From assembly GCA_001724265.1 (NCBI GenBank), contig MEDY01000013.1, positions 62,001-126,000 of the forward strand: DNA of 64,000 bases. The letters are read 5' to 3'. Shown piece by piece: positions 1-13,700 of the stretch. Below the pieces are notes generated by a model that saw nothing but the letters and a program-made list of their open reading frames with translations, did no database searches and had not been told where the DNA came from. The number at the start of each line of letters is the position of its first letter. The stretch's first letter is position 1. The stretch comes from Rhizaria sp. SCN 62-66. Taxonomy: Eukaryota. Made by a program: the position numbers and the translations under genes.

Positions 1-2748
1 GCCACGCGCCCCGCCGGGTTCATCTCGCACTTGCTGGGCCACGAGGGCGAGGGATCGCTCTTCTCCAAGCTCAAGCGCATGGGGCTCGCCACGTCGCTCA
101 CTGCGGGGCCGTCGCACACGGCGACGTGCTTCGCGATGTTCTACGTGACGATCCGCCTCACGGAGGCCGGTATGTCCAAGACCGACCAGATCGCGGAAAT
201 GGTATACGCGTACCTCTCGCTCTTGAGCCAGGCCTCCGACAGCGAGCTTAAGGCCCAGTTTGACGAGTGGGCCGCGATCTCCTCTTTCGCGTTCCGCTTC
301 AAGTCCAAGGAGTCCGTCTCTGGCTACGCGTCGCAGCTTGCCAACAGCATGCACACTTATGCCCCCGCCGATCTCCTCGCGGGACCCAACGTGCCGACTG
401 TGTTTGACGTCGCGCTTATCCGCAAGTACCTCGCCTGCTGCACCCCGCGCCGCGCCGTGACCACGTTCGCCGCCAAGGCCCTCGCGAGCGCCGTCAAGTT
501 CGACAAGACCGAGAAATGGTACGGCACCCAGTACGCTGCCACCCCCATCCCCGAGGCGGTTTACCTTAAGTACGAGTCGCCTTCGGCCGAGGCGTGCGCT
601 GAGATGCATCTCCCGCGTCCCAACGCCTTCATCCCGACCGACTTTGACATCCGCACCGAGTCATCCCTCGCGCTCGCTCCCCCCGCCGCCTCGGCCACTT
701 TCTCCGGCGCCGACAACACGTCCGCGCTCGACGCTGTGCTGTTCGCGGCGCTCATGAACCAGCGCGTTGCGCAGTGCTACCGCTACTGCTGCGGCCGCGA
801 CGCCGCCGCGCACGGCAGCCCCGTGACCGCGGATGATTTCAGTCATGCCGCGTCCACGCTAGTCCCCGCCGCGGACTGCGCTGACCGCTTCAAGTGGTCC
901 CAGGTTCCGCCGCAGCGCGTCGAAGTGCCTGTGCCCGTCAAGACGATGTTCGACGTCCTGGCGGAGCAGCGCGCCGCTTCGGCCGCCAACAACGCCAGCG
1001 GCGCTGCTTCCCCGGCCGCTGGCGCTGAGGCTGAGGCCGAGGACGATGAGGACGCTGAGGCTGAGGCTGGTGCTGAGGGAGATTCTGCTGACGCCGAGGC
1101 CGAGGCTGCCCCTGCTTCCCCCGTTGCCGCGCCGCTGAGCGACGAGGACAAGGCGCCCGAGCGCGTCGACTCTGTCGTCGTCCCCGTTGAGCTGTGGCAC
1201 AAACTTGACCGCGTGTTCTCTCTGCCCAAGGCCATCGCGTGCCTGCAGCTGTATCTGCCCGAGGCGCACTCCTCCGCCGCGGCCAGTGTGATGACCGTGC
1301 TCTACACGTCCCTGGTCGAGGACTCGCTCAATGAAGTCGTGTACGACGCTGATGTCGCGCAGCTCAGCTTCAACTTCAGCTCCATGTCGCAGGCGCATCC
1401 CGTGATGCTCTCTTTCCGCGGTTACTCTCACAAGCTGCCCGCGTTCATTGACACGGTGCTGCAGCGCCTCAAGACGCTCGTCGTTGATCCCACGCGCTTT
1501 GTCGTCATCAAGGAGCAGATTGCGCGCTCGTATGCCAATCGGTCTAAGGCCGCTGCCTACGAGTCGGCGCGCAGCATGGGCGGGTACGTAACGCACACAA
1601 AACAAACGCATTTATTGCTTCAAATGATGTATAAATGAAAATTGCATGTATAAATATTTGTAAAATGCTTATTTGAAGCACCCCTTGTAAAATTCTCTTG
1701 ATATGTAATCTTTCTCACTTTATCTCTTTTACTTGTTTTTGTTTTGCTTTCAAATCTCTCTAGCTACCTGATGTCTGGTTCATACAACGACAACGAGCTC
1801 GCGGCCGCCCTCGCCCCGATCGACGTCCCGACCCTCCAAGCCTTCGCTGGCCGCCTCATGGCGCGCGGCGCAGTCTCCATGCTTGTCCACGGCAACGCCA
1901 CGCGCGATGAGGCAATCGCTCTCGCCCAGCAAGTGCACAAGACTCTCGACCTCGCGCCCGTCATGCCGCGCGAAATTGCTGAGGAGCGCCAGGCGCAGTT
2001 CCCGCTCGGCCAGTCGCTCGCCGTACAGACGCGCAACCCCAACCCGGCCGATCCAGAGTCCGCAATCGTGGTTTACTACCAGGTTTCCGCCGCCCGCGAC
2101 CCTGCTCTCACGGCGGCGGGCTACGTGCTCGACCAGATGACCACCGAGCAGGCGTACACCGTTCTCCGCACGACGGAGCAGCTCGGCTACATCGTGTGGT
2201 CGAACTTCGCTGCCGTTGGCCCGCGTCCTGCGATGTTTGCGTTCATTATCCAGTCTACCAAGGCGCCGACTTTCTTGGACTCGCGCATTGAGGCCTTTAT
2301 CGCAAACACCATGGCCAAGACTGTAGCCGAGATCGACGAGGAGACCTTCCAGCAGTACGTCTCCGCTGTCTACACCGACCTCACCAAGAACGACGACGAG
2401 CTTTCGGAGGAGTTTAACCGCCACTTCAGCGCTATCCGCTGGCAGAACTACGACTTCGGCTTCAACGAGGCCGTTGCCGCCGCGCTCAAGAAGCTCACCC
2501 GCGAGGACGTCAAGAACTTCTACAACACGTACATCAAGGCCGGTGCCCCGCTGCGCCGCAAGGCGAGTATGCAGGTCTTCGGTGGCAACAACCCCGTGCC
2601 CGGCGCCGGTGCCGCGGGCAAGAACGTGCCGACGGTGCAGGAGGGCTGCGAGTTCGCCGCGGAGGCCGCCAAGGGCGGTGTCGTGCGTCTTGGCCTGAAG
2701 GACATCCAGCCCTACCGCCGCCAGCTCGCGCTGTGGCAGAAGTTCTAA
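1..2748 (+). CDS. IDE: Insulysin/pitrilysin-like M16A metallopeptidase, 5'-truncated; exons <1-1583, 1764-2748
   Basis: Frame open from base 1: ISHLLGHEGEGSL, LPRPNAFIPTDF, LWHKLDRVFSLPKA, GYSHKL and LRTTEQLGYIVWS are insulysin-family motifs. Phase-2 intron 1584-1763 (GTACGT...TAG) joins the two ORFs in frame. Stop TAA. The catalytic HxxEH lies upstream of the window. Confidence 0.9.
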
Positions 2749-3250
2749 GTCGGAATCGGCGAAAGCGCACTTGAAGGATTGAAGGGAGGGGGGAGAGTTT
2801 TGTTTGAAATCAAGACTTGATGAGATAGATGGTGGGTGGTTGGAGAAATAATTGGATTTTTTGAAATCTAAAGATTTTATATGCTTAAATATATGTTTAC
2901 ATTTGTAAAATACAATCGTATGACATTGCTTACTCTTTTCCTGTTTTTGTGTTTGAGTGTGCCTTTTATGGAACGCCAGATTTTCGATCACGTTGAGAAA
3001 TGCAAAAGCCTTTCAGAGTGAAGAAATATAGAAAAGTACTGTAATCATTAAAGAAATGCACCCTTATTGTTTAATAAAGAATTTGCTGTGTATTACAGCC
3101 ACTTATGTGACGTAAATTATACAAGAAACTAGAGTAAGCGAAAGTTAAGAGTTGAACACACAGTGAGCTAAGAAAGCAACACTCGTATCATAAGATTTAA
3201 AATTGAGTTAAAATTACGTAAAATAATTTGTTAATGACAATACTTTGCTT

Positions 3251-3881
3251 TTAGATCGCAAGCCTGCCATACGCGCCCGCATACACCCCCCTCGTCTGCT
3301 GCTGCTGCAGCTGTTGTTGCTGCTGGTGTTGATAAAGCGGCGGTTGCTGTGTGAGCCCGGAACCTGGCATCACCACCCCCCCGCCGCCCAGGTAACCGTG
3401 GGCCGCTCCGGCGCTGCTGCTCGCGCCCGCGGCGGTGGTGTGTGACGCGATCAGTCCGGGGCCTGCGGCGACGTAGGCTTGTCCCGCCGCGGCCACGACA
3501 CGGGAGTTAGGGTTATTATACCCGCCGCCGCCGCCGCCGATCGTAGGGACACCGGCTGCTGACGCTGATGACGATGAATACGGCCTGTTTGCTTTGTATC
3601 CAACCCCGTTAGCCGCACCAGAGCCGGCTAGGCCACTGCCGGGCATTGACACGCCACCTGCGACAGAGCCCACCCCCGCCCCGCTACTATGGACCGCGTG
3701 GCCAGTATGGGGAGCGGCGACGATGGAGCCGGGCAGCAGAAGACCGGGGCCGGCGACCGTGGGCAGCAGCGGCGCGGCGGCAGTCAGCGCATCAATGGCG
3801 TCGCCGCCGCGGTACAAGTGACCGTGAGCAGCCGCGGAGTGACCGTGGGCAGCGGAGGGGTAACCCGACTGGTAGCCAGAG

Positions 3882-3913
<32 letters not shown>

Positions 3914-6900
3914 AATAGAGGCGTTGGTCATGCCGAACAGCGGAGCGCGGGACATATGCATATTCACCCCCATGCCTGCGCTCGCTGAGCCCAGTGCCGC
4001 GAACGTCTGATGCCCCTGCTGCGCTTGCTGCTGTTGCTGTTGCTGCTGCTGTTGCTGTTGCTGGTGCTGTGAATACGAGCTGCCACTGAAGGCGCCCGCA
4101 GCGCCAGTGACAGTGTTGGCTGGGAGAGCGAACGTGCTCGCACCATACTGACCGTGCCCGTGACCGTGACCGTGAGCAGCAGCAGCCGAGGCAGGGGCAG
4201 ACGCAGATGCAGAGGCTGATGCAGAGGCTGTGGGGGCGGCTGAAGACTGGTACTGGTGCGAGTACAGTGCAGGCCCATACTGACCCTGTCCCTGCTGTTG
4301 CTGTTGCTGCTGCGGGGGAGCTAAGTGTCCCGCAGTCGTCGAAAACGCGAACACATCGCTCGCATTGCTATTGCTGTTGCTGTTGCCACCAACACCATTC
4401 ACGTGCACATTTGCGTTGTTACTGTTGCTGTTGTTATTGTTATTCGTGACGGTGGGGTAGCTCTGCGTGCTGTATGCATACCGTGACCGGCCACCGGCAC
4501 CGCCACCGCCGGCAACGTTGCCGTTCACAGCGGACCCACTCGAGGCCGCACTGTTCGCATTCACGCCGTTGTTGTTGTTCGGACTCGAAATTGCGGTTTG
4601 CGGCGAGGGACCGCGGCGACGTGAGTGGGACAGAAGCGCGCCGGCCGACGGCACGCCGCTCAAGCGCCCAGCGCCAGCGGCAGGAGCATTCACACTGCTG
4701 CCGCCGCTCGAAGTGCTGTTGACTGAGGCGATGCCGACGACATTGTTGTTGTTATTGTTATTGGATGCAGAGGGGAGACGGGTGCGGACAGGAGCAACGC
4801 TAGCACTCGCACTACTGCTGCTACTCGAGACAGCGTTCGTGTTGGCCAGGTTGTTGTTATTGTTGCTGTTGCCGGGAGACTGGAACTGCTGGGGACGCTG
4901 CGGGCGCTGCGGCGGCTGCACAGGCGCCACAGCGTTGCTATTATTATTGTTGTTAGCGTTCAAGCTCATGTTGCCCATGCTGCTCGTAAGCGCGCTCATG
5001 TTCACATTCATGTTGTTGTTGCTGTTCATAGCGCTGCCGGTGCCGGCGCCAGCGCCGTTGGTGCCGGCGGGGGTGGCGGAGTCTGAGTCACGGAGCCACG
5101 GGTGGGCCAGTGCTTCGGCAGCGGTGAGGCGACGCGCGGGATCCCACGCAGTCAGGCGCGCAATCAAGTCGAGCAACTGCGCATCCTGTATCACACCACA
5201 CACAAGCAACAGCGCAGTCGTTACAAAGTCGATTAGGAGCAACAGAATGGTGAGTATAGTCAAGGTAATATAGAAGCACACGCAAACATGAAATAAGTAA
5301 ATTTAATATACCAGGCGTATTTTAAAGTTGTAGCTCAAGTTTCACGTCATTCACACGTCATATCTGCGAGCTAGACAGATGCCATTGTTTTTTCAGTTGC
5401 GCAAAATTCGGCAAGCCGTACCTGACTGGGGTGGGCGGGCCCCGGCTGCCCCGGTGCGGCGGGCAGTGCTGGGGCCAGCACATCCGCGAGTTTGATGCCG
5501 CCGGGGCTGGCCACGGGGCGCAGAGGGCGGCCGCCGGCGACGCGCATCGACAGGGCCACTAGAGCGCGAAAAGGCGTCATAGCAAAACAGAGTTAAGAGA
5601 CCGAAAGATAGGTAAAGTGAGGAATAAGAGGCAGGCATGTTGTTATTAAGTTAAAGTTCGTTATAGGCGCAAACACACTATATCTTGTCAACATAGTCAC
5701 AACTTGACACGTTTCGCACACGTTCGTGTCGCTTTGGTGACATTTGTGGTTGTTGAGCTTATCGCATTGCGCAACGTACCGACGTCGAGCTTCTTGAGCC
5801 TGCCGGTGCTATCCAACACCATCCCACGCCGGTGACTGCGATTCAACACTTCCGGCGGTGGCGCTCCCAGTACTTCCATGAAGCGGAAGATCTGTTCTTC
5901 CTCACAGTGGCCCGCAAACAGCGGCCGGCCGGTCAAAAGCTCGGGAATGATGCAGCCGAGCGAGAACAGGTCGATGGGGGCACCATACGGCAGGTCCAAA
6001 ACGACCTCGGGGGCGCGGTAAAAGCGGGATTGGATGTACCACACGGCGTTTTGCGCAGGGATATCCTGCCGCGACGTTCCAAAATCAACCTAAACACAAT
6101 TGTAACATGAAACAAAGATTAACAAGCGTTACAATAAGCAGAATAAGCAGTGGATGGACTCATTATGCCGCTGTTTGAGAAGTCACATACAGTGTAATCA
6201 GTATATTCGCATATATAGCGCGGATTTGCATTCGGTATGCAGTTCACGTACGAGTTTGCAGTGCAGATGATCGAGATGCACGACCGAGTCTGGCGGAGTT
6301 GGGATCGTGAGCACGAGGTTCTCCGGCTTCACATCGCAGTGAATCAGCCGCGCCGCGTGCAAGTGCATAAGTGCCTGCAGTGTATCGCGCACGAGCACGC
6401 GCACCACGGGCGCGGGCAGGCGGCGCCGGTTCTGCTCTAGAAAGCTCCACAGGTTGAGATGCAACAGCTCAAGCACGATGCACAGGTGGCCGCGGAAGAG
6501 GAATGAGTCCAGCAGCTTCACAACACGGTCGCTGTAGGGCGCACCAGAGTGGCTCGCAAGCGTGCGCAGCAGCTGGAGCTCTTTATCACTCGCGTGCCGC
6601 TCCGCGGGGCGGTTCTTGACGACTTTGACCGCGACCTCGGTGTTGGTCTTGTGGTCGCGGGCGCGGATCACCTTGCCGAACGATCCTTTGCCCAATACTT
6701 CGAGGATTTGGTAGCGGTACGCAAGGTGGTCGTCCGTGACAAGCTTGTAGTGGCCGTCGGCGTCGTCGTACACCGCGGGCGCAACGGCGCCGGCGGCGGG
6801 CGGCGGCGGCGGCGCTGAGCCGCGCGGGCCCGGCATCGGCAGCGGGGCCGGGGCGGCGAGGTCGGCAGAGGCGAAGACCTTGCGCTGCATGTTCTCGCAA

Positions 6901-7148
6901 CCGGTGTAGAAGACGGCGTTGCGGGCCTGGTACTCGCGGATCTCGCGCTGCTCCCACGGGGTCAGGTTAGACGCCGCGCCGGAGCCGGACGCGCTAGAGC
7001 TGGAGCTAGCGATGGCACCGCCGCCTGAGGAGGGAGAGAAAGAGACGCCTGCGCTGCCCTTGCGGGACATACCACTGCCGGGAACGCTCACGCCGGAGCC
7101 CTGCGCGGGGCGCATGGGCACTGGGAGAGGTTGCTTCAGGGACAGCAT
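3251..7148 (-). CDS. DYRK: Class 2 DYRK-family kinase with long Q/N/H/A-rich C-terminal tail; exons 7148-6252, 6089-5780, 5558-5422, 5185-3251
   Basis: NAPA-like LTPWEQREIREY, DH box YDDADGHY..DHLAYRYQI, GKGSFGKV, VAVK, HCDVKPEN, VDFG, YIQSRFYRAPE, DLFSLGCI, and RRLTAAEALAHPWL. Three GT-AG introns join in frame. Stop TAA. Confidence 0.92.
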
Positions 7149-7764
7149 GCGGCTGGCGAGCTCTGGATGGAGTTCTAGGGACGAAAGAGGCTGTGGTGCA
7201 ATTCGAAAAGTGGTCCGGCAAGACAGGATCGGTTTAGAGAGGCTTTTAGCTCGGAGCAGAATTTAATTTAGTGTTACAATACGATGCTAACAAAAATTCT
7301 CCATATTCATATTTGACAATAAACAGACGACATATGCCCCACCAACGAGCAAACTCTTGCTTAGCTGTAACGGCTCCACTCACTCCAACGACTCTTGAGT
7401 GACCAAGGACGGCAGTGATCAGTGATCACTGATGGGCGGGTGCCTATAACAATAACAAAACACGCGATCACAGTTTTGATTTGTGCTCCTAAAGGCAATA
7501 TCTGGATATATTATAGATGCGTTTTAATATTTGATATTTTATGTTGTAGTTTTTAGAAACCATCAGGGTGCCAATATATCCTTGCTGATAAATTTCCAAA
7601 AGTAGAGCTATACATGTACTGTACTAGTACATGTAATATGTGCAAATGCACATCACAAACTAAACAATACACACCGTATTATTAAAAAGTCCGGAACAAG
7701 GACAATGATAAAGTTACATTATAATATCTTCAACCCTAGTTAACGTTGTGCATTTCATCAAGTT

Positions 7765-10700
7765 TTACCCAATGCGATCCGCAGGCACGTTGCCCTGCGC
7801 AGGCTTGCTGATGGCGGCCACGCTGTGCCGTTGCCTCGCCCTGAGCGCCTCAACAACCTCACCGACCGTGGGTTGCTCCGCAAAGTTCCAGACCTTAAAT
7901 ACGGCATCGTGCGCGGCGCTGACGACAGCGTTCTCAGCCACGCCGAGTCCGCACACACGGTGCGTGTGACCCAACAGCGTGAAAACACACTGCCCCGTCG
8001 CTAAATCCCAGCCCTTGACGGCGTGGTCGTCGGAGCCGGTGACCACGTGTGTTGCGGACACATCCACCGCGCGCACGCGACCCAGGTGTTCACCCAGCAC
8101 AAACCGACACTCACGGCGGTCAAGCGACCACACGCGAGCGCTCCGGTCATCGGACGCGGACACGAGAACATCACTGGCACCTCCGGTGTTCGCAGGGCCA
8201 AATTTCACTGCACGCACAGCGCGCTGGTGGCCTAGCAGCGTGTACAAATCGCGCCCGGAGCGCAGATCCCAGAGCCGGATCGTATGATCGTCGCCGGCGG
8301 AAGCGACAAGCGCGCGCGCGGGGCAGAAGGCGACGCTGCGGACCGCGCCCGAGTGGCCAGAGTGCGTGCGCTCGCACCAGTACACACCGAGCTGGCGGCG
8401 GTCGAAGCCGAAGCAAGGGTCGCCGCTGACGGCGCGGTGCTCGGCGGCCGTCTGCCGGCGCACGCGCGCTGTAGTCGACGTCGCAGCGGCAGCGGTCGCG
8501 GAGGGCTGTGAGATGGCATTCGGAGACGGGTTGGTGTTTGCGGTGTTTGCAATAGAGGGAACCGGGGTTGGGGTTTGAGGGCCACCTGCAGCGGCAGTAG
8601 CGGAGTCCTGTCCGCCGGCAGAACTAACAGCCTCTGCCGTTGCAGCTGCAGTCGCACTCGTTGCTGTTGTAGAGCTCGCCACGGGAGACAGCATCGCCAG
8701 AGGCGGAGCACTCACGGAATTCGCACCGGCACTCACCCTGGCACTGGCGTTGGCAGTTGCTGGTGCACTGTCGGCGTTCGGGTTGGAGCTCGTGTTGGAG
8801 GCGGGGAGCTGCGGCGGCGTGAGCGGCGGCAGCGCGGCTTGGCCGAGCGAGATCGCGGGTACGGTGCCGCCAGCCACAGGCCCCACCGCCACGGTCATCG
8901 CGCCCGTCGCGGCCGCGCTGTTCGCGCCCGGTAAAGGCCCCACCGGCACAACACCAACAGTGCCGGCGCCGAACGACGGCCGTCTGTTGAGCGCGGCGAC
9001 TGCGGCGACGGCGGGGACGGCAACGGGGGACATCGCGGGGGACGGCGCCGGCGCCAGCGCGGGTCGGCCAGCAGAGCCCGGGGAAGCGGCGACAGCGGCG
9101 GCGACGGCCGAGGACACCGAGGACACCGCGGCGGCCGAGAGTCCCTGGCGCGCTTCGGCAACGGCGGCGCGCAGCTCGGCGACGGACAGCGCGCGCGCGC
9201 GGACGGGCATCGCGATGGCCGGGATGTGCAGCGGAGTAGTCACGGACACCGGACCCGTCGCAGTAGAGCTAGGCGCGGCGGTTGTCGCGGAGCCAGGAAC
9301 AGCGGCAGCCGCGGACACAGCAGCAGACGCTGGCGGCGAGTGGGGAGACGCGGCGTTGGCGCGCGCGATGGCCGCGATCGGCGCGATCAAAGGCACAAGC
9401 GCGGGCGAAGCAGTGGGCGCCGGGGCCGCGACTGGATCAGAAACCGCTACCGCGGGTACTTGAGCTGTGGTGGTCGCTGTCCCCGTTGCTGTTGCTGTTG
9501 GTGCGGACGGAGTGTTGTCTGCTGTGGAAGCAGAACCACCCGCGGTGACCGCGTTGTTGTTCTCCGGACTAGCCACCGGGGTTTCATTCGGGACAGTGGG
9601 CGTTTCGGGACTGACCATCGCGTCAGCAGCGACTGTAGGCTCCGGCAGAGTCTGCAAGCTTGGCGCAACGACACTGACACTCGACAAGCCACCATCAGCT
9701 CTAGCGCCAGCATTAATGCTCATGCCGTTCACACCGTCCTCAGCCTCAGCGTCTGCGCTGTTCGCATCGTTACTGTTGTGACCGGCAGGAGAGGAGCCGA
9801 ACACACGCGCTGTAGGCCGCGGCAGTGCCCCGGGCGCGGTCATCGCCCCGGCAGACTGGGCGCGCGGTGAGAAAGCGTCGATAAACGGGGCGAGCGAGTC
9901 GGATGCGGGAGGCGGCGCGCGCGCTCCGACAAGAGCCGCCGCGGGGGCCGGCGGAGGAACAGCTGGAGCCGTGGCATTGATATGCAGCGCATTCGGACCA
10001 GAGTTAGCGTTGCAGGCCAATGTGCCCGTGGCGGGGAATACGAGGGCGGGCGGGCGCGGGCCGAGGCGCCAAACCTTGACTGTGCCGTCGTCCGACGCCG
10101 AGAGAATGCGCAGCGAGTGCCACGAGAGCTCGGCAGCGCCGCTGCGAACGAGGGCACTGACGCGGGCGCCCACAGCAACGCTCGATCTCACGGGAGTGAT
10201 GATCAGAGTTGGCGCTGCACCACTGAGATTGCTCGCAGCGGTTACTGTCTGCGCGAGGCTAGAGCTCGACACAGGCGAGGTCAGCTGAGGCATCGCTGTC
10301 GCTGCACTCACGTTCACGCTCGCGACGGGCTCACCCGCGCGGATACTGCTGTTGGCGCTGCTGCGCGTCGAGCTGTGCGCCGAGCCCGAGCGCGCCGCAG
10401 GGTCAACAAACGCCCCCGTCTTGATCCCGACAGGCACGCCGTTGCGCCGGTAAGTCATCCCCGCGCCGGGCGACGCCGCCGACACCGCCGCGGCAGACGC
10501 GGCGCTGGCGTTGGCGCGGCCGGGGGTCGTGTTGCGCGGTGTGTGCGAGCGCCCGGAGCCGGGAGCAGCAGCGCTGGGATTCAGGAGAGTGCCTGCATTG
10601 GCGCTCGTCGTGCCGCCCGCAACCGCTGCCGCCGCCAGCGCCGAAGCACCGGCCGCCGCACTGGCTGCGGCGACTGTATCGCGCATGTGCGCGTTCGCCG

Positions 10701-13700
10701 CCGCGGCGAGCACAGCCGCCGCGGCCGCAGTGTCGTGTGCAAACGCCAAGCTGCGGACGCAGTCCGAATGACCGTGGGCGCCCTCGCCGAGCACAAACAG
10801 CGCGCGGCCCGTGGCGAGGTCCCAGACGCGAATCACGCAGTCCCAACCCGCGGACGCGATGAGCCCCGCCGCGGGCGCGAGCGCGACTGCGAGGACAGAG
10901 CCGACGTGACCGCGCAGCGTGAGCAAGCAGCGGCCAGTCGCGATGTCCCAGACTTTGACCAGCGAGTCGTCACCAGCCGTCGCCGCGAGCGCGCCCGCGA
11001 CGGCGACGCAGCGCACCGCGGCGGCGTGGCCCCCGACGTCGCGCGCCCGGCAGAGCCCGGCATCCCAGTTGCGCGCCAGAAGAGCGCGACCCGACAGCGC
11101 GGAGAACGCGGCGGCGGGCGCGGCAAGCCCGGGCAGCGGCAGCAGCGCGAGACGGCCGAGCAAAGCCGCGGACGCGAGGCGGCGGCGCGCTGCGGCCGCG
11201 AGCGCCGAGGCCAAGACAGGGTCTACTCGTGGCGTGACAACTGCAGTAATTGCGCTTGAAGACGCGGAGCGGACTGAGCGCGCGAGAGAGAGCGTTAGCG
11301 TCAGCGCGGCGGCGTCTGCGGGACGTAACCACAGTCCGTGACCACTCACACTCACCAAACTGCGGCTGCTGCTGTTTGAGCGGACGTAGACTGCGACGCC
11401 GTCCGGTGCGAGCGGAGACAGTGTAAGCGCAGAGAGCGACTGCACCAAGTGTGGCACCACCGCGGCGGCACGCGTGGAGCCTGAGCCGGGCACTGCGGGC
11501 GCAACGGGCGGCAGACGGCCGTAGAGGCGCGACACCTCGACAGCGACCGCGGTATTCAAATCAGAGCTCGCACTCGCAGCAGACTCATCGTCAGCGTTGC
11601 CAGAGTCAACTGCGAACAGCGACGAGTCCGCAAGACTGGGACTGTGACCGTGCAAGCGCGAGTGACCGCGACTGTGGGCGAGTGCAGGGCGTGCCGGGCA
11701 CAGCGGCGAAAGCACCGACAGACGCGGCAACAACGCGAGTGGCGACGACTGCACGCTGGACAGCGCGGCCCATGCGCGCGCAGGCACAGCCACGGCGACC
11801 GTCGCCGGCTCCACCACAGCGGCAACACTCGCTGCGCTGACGCTCGCACTCGCACGGGCGCTGCGACCAGTCGTCGTATTTTGACTGGGAACGGTGTCGA
11901 CGCACGCGCGCAATGCGTGGCGCGGGAGCGTCGCCATCAGCGCGCTCAGCACCGCAGACACAGCGCCGGCCGCAGCGCCAGTCCCCGCACCTGCGTTCGC
12001 CCCCGTCGCAAAGCCCGAGCCAGCGCCAGAGCCGGAACCGGCTGTAGACGCAGTTGAACGAAGCAGTGAAGGTGTACAGTGGACTGGGCACGCGGCCGCG
12101 GGCGGAGGCAGCAATGCAGCGGCAGCGGCGCGGCCCGCGGCGGCGGAGTCAGCCGATGCGACCGAGGCTAAGAATGCCGCAGGCGACGGTGCAGCGGGAT
12201 GGGCGCTGAGAGCCGCAGCGAGGCGGCACCGCTCACAGTCACTGCCACCCGACACCGCGATCTTGCTACCACCGACGTCAGCGGTTGCATCAGTGCCAAC
12301 GCTTGAGCTCTCAACAGTGCCGGCCGAATCAGCGTTGCTTGAGTTGCTGTTGCTAGAGGTCTCATACAGAGTGTGCGCGCGAAGTAGCAGCAGCGGGCCG
12401 TCGCGCGCATGCACATATCGGTACAGCAGCGTGAGGAATAAGGTAAGCCGCATGAGCTCGGCAGCAGGCCACGGCAGCGGCGGCAAAGCCAGTGTGCTGC
12501 CGCCACCGTCGCCACCAGGTACGCACGGTAACGGCACCGCGTCTGCCTCAGCCGCCACCGCCGCCGCCGCCGCCGCAGCAGCGGCAGATGCGGACTCTGC
12601 GGAAGCAGCGACGGCGGAGGCGACAGTCGCGAGCATCGTTGGCGTCATCCCAGTGCTGCGCACATTGACGATGCCGTTGCGCGCGCTGGCAAGGCTGCCG
12701 ATGCTGCTGTTGCGGTTATGGCGCGCGAACGCCGTCGACCGCACCGCAGCGACACTCGCGGCGGGCAGCGCCGCGTTCGGCGCCAGTGCGGCCGCGAGCG
12801 ACCGCGACGCCGCCGCGACCGCCGCGCCGGCAGCAAACGGCAAAACGCAGGGTGAGCGGCCCGGCACGGGCGGCAGAGTGACTTCGTCGTCGCCGAGCCC
12901 GCCGAGCCCCAGCGCAGCCAGCGCGATCGAGGTGTAGCCCGCGGTGGTCCCGGTCGCCGAGGCGGCGGCGGCTGCGGCTGTGGTGGACTGGGGCTGCGCA
13001 GGGGGCAGCGGCGGCAGCGCGGCGGCGGCAGAGGCAAAGCGCGGCGGCGGCGGCAGGGTTAAGACGAGGTTGACCGCGACCCACGCCGGCACGCGCACGC
13101 GGCCACAGCGCGTACACAGTGGGGCAGCGCCCGAGCCACTCTGTGGTGGGGTCACCGCGCTGTTGTTGGCGCTGTTGTCGTGGTGGTGGCCGATGGGGCC
13201 GCCGGTGGGAGACGCGCCTTCGAGCGTGGCGACCGCGAGCGAAAGCGCGGTTGCAGCTGCCGCGGGGGCCAGCGCGCCGGCGCGGCGCGCGGCTGCGGCG
13301 GCGTCGGCGGCCGCGACTGGTGACGGGAGAAACGACGACGCGGCGTATGAGGACGGCGTGATCGCAGTCTTCGTACCAGCGCTATACAGAGTGTTTGCAT
13401 CCGTGCTGTCGCCACCGTCGCAGTCGTCGCAGCCTGCGCCGGAGAGACCGCACGAGCACGCACTGCACAGACACACTGTGTCGTCGTTCTCGTCGCTCTG
13501 CTCGTCGCCATCCTCGCCGGCAGCGCGATTGCCCGCACGGCCGTTGCGCTGCTTGCGCGGGAACGCAGACGCGCCCAATCCAGCGCCGCCGATCTCACTG
13601 TTGGCGACGTGCGCACCGCTGTTGTACGCAGAGTCCGTGTGCCGCGATCCGGGCAGCCCGTACCCCCGCGCAAGCGACAGCAATGGCGCCGGTGCAAGAG

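Noticed and set aside
2737-2748. C-terminal QKF as a peroxisomal PTS1 on the insulysin
   Set aside because: Too far from the S/A-K/R-L consensus to support.
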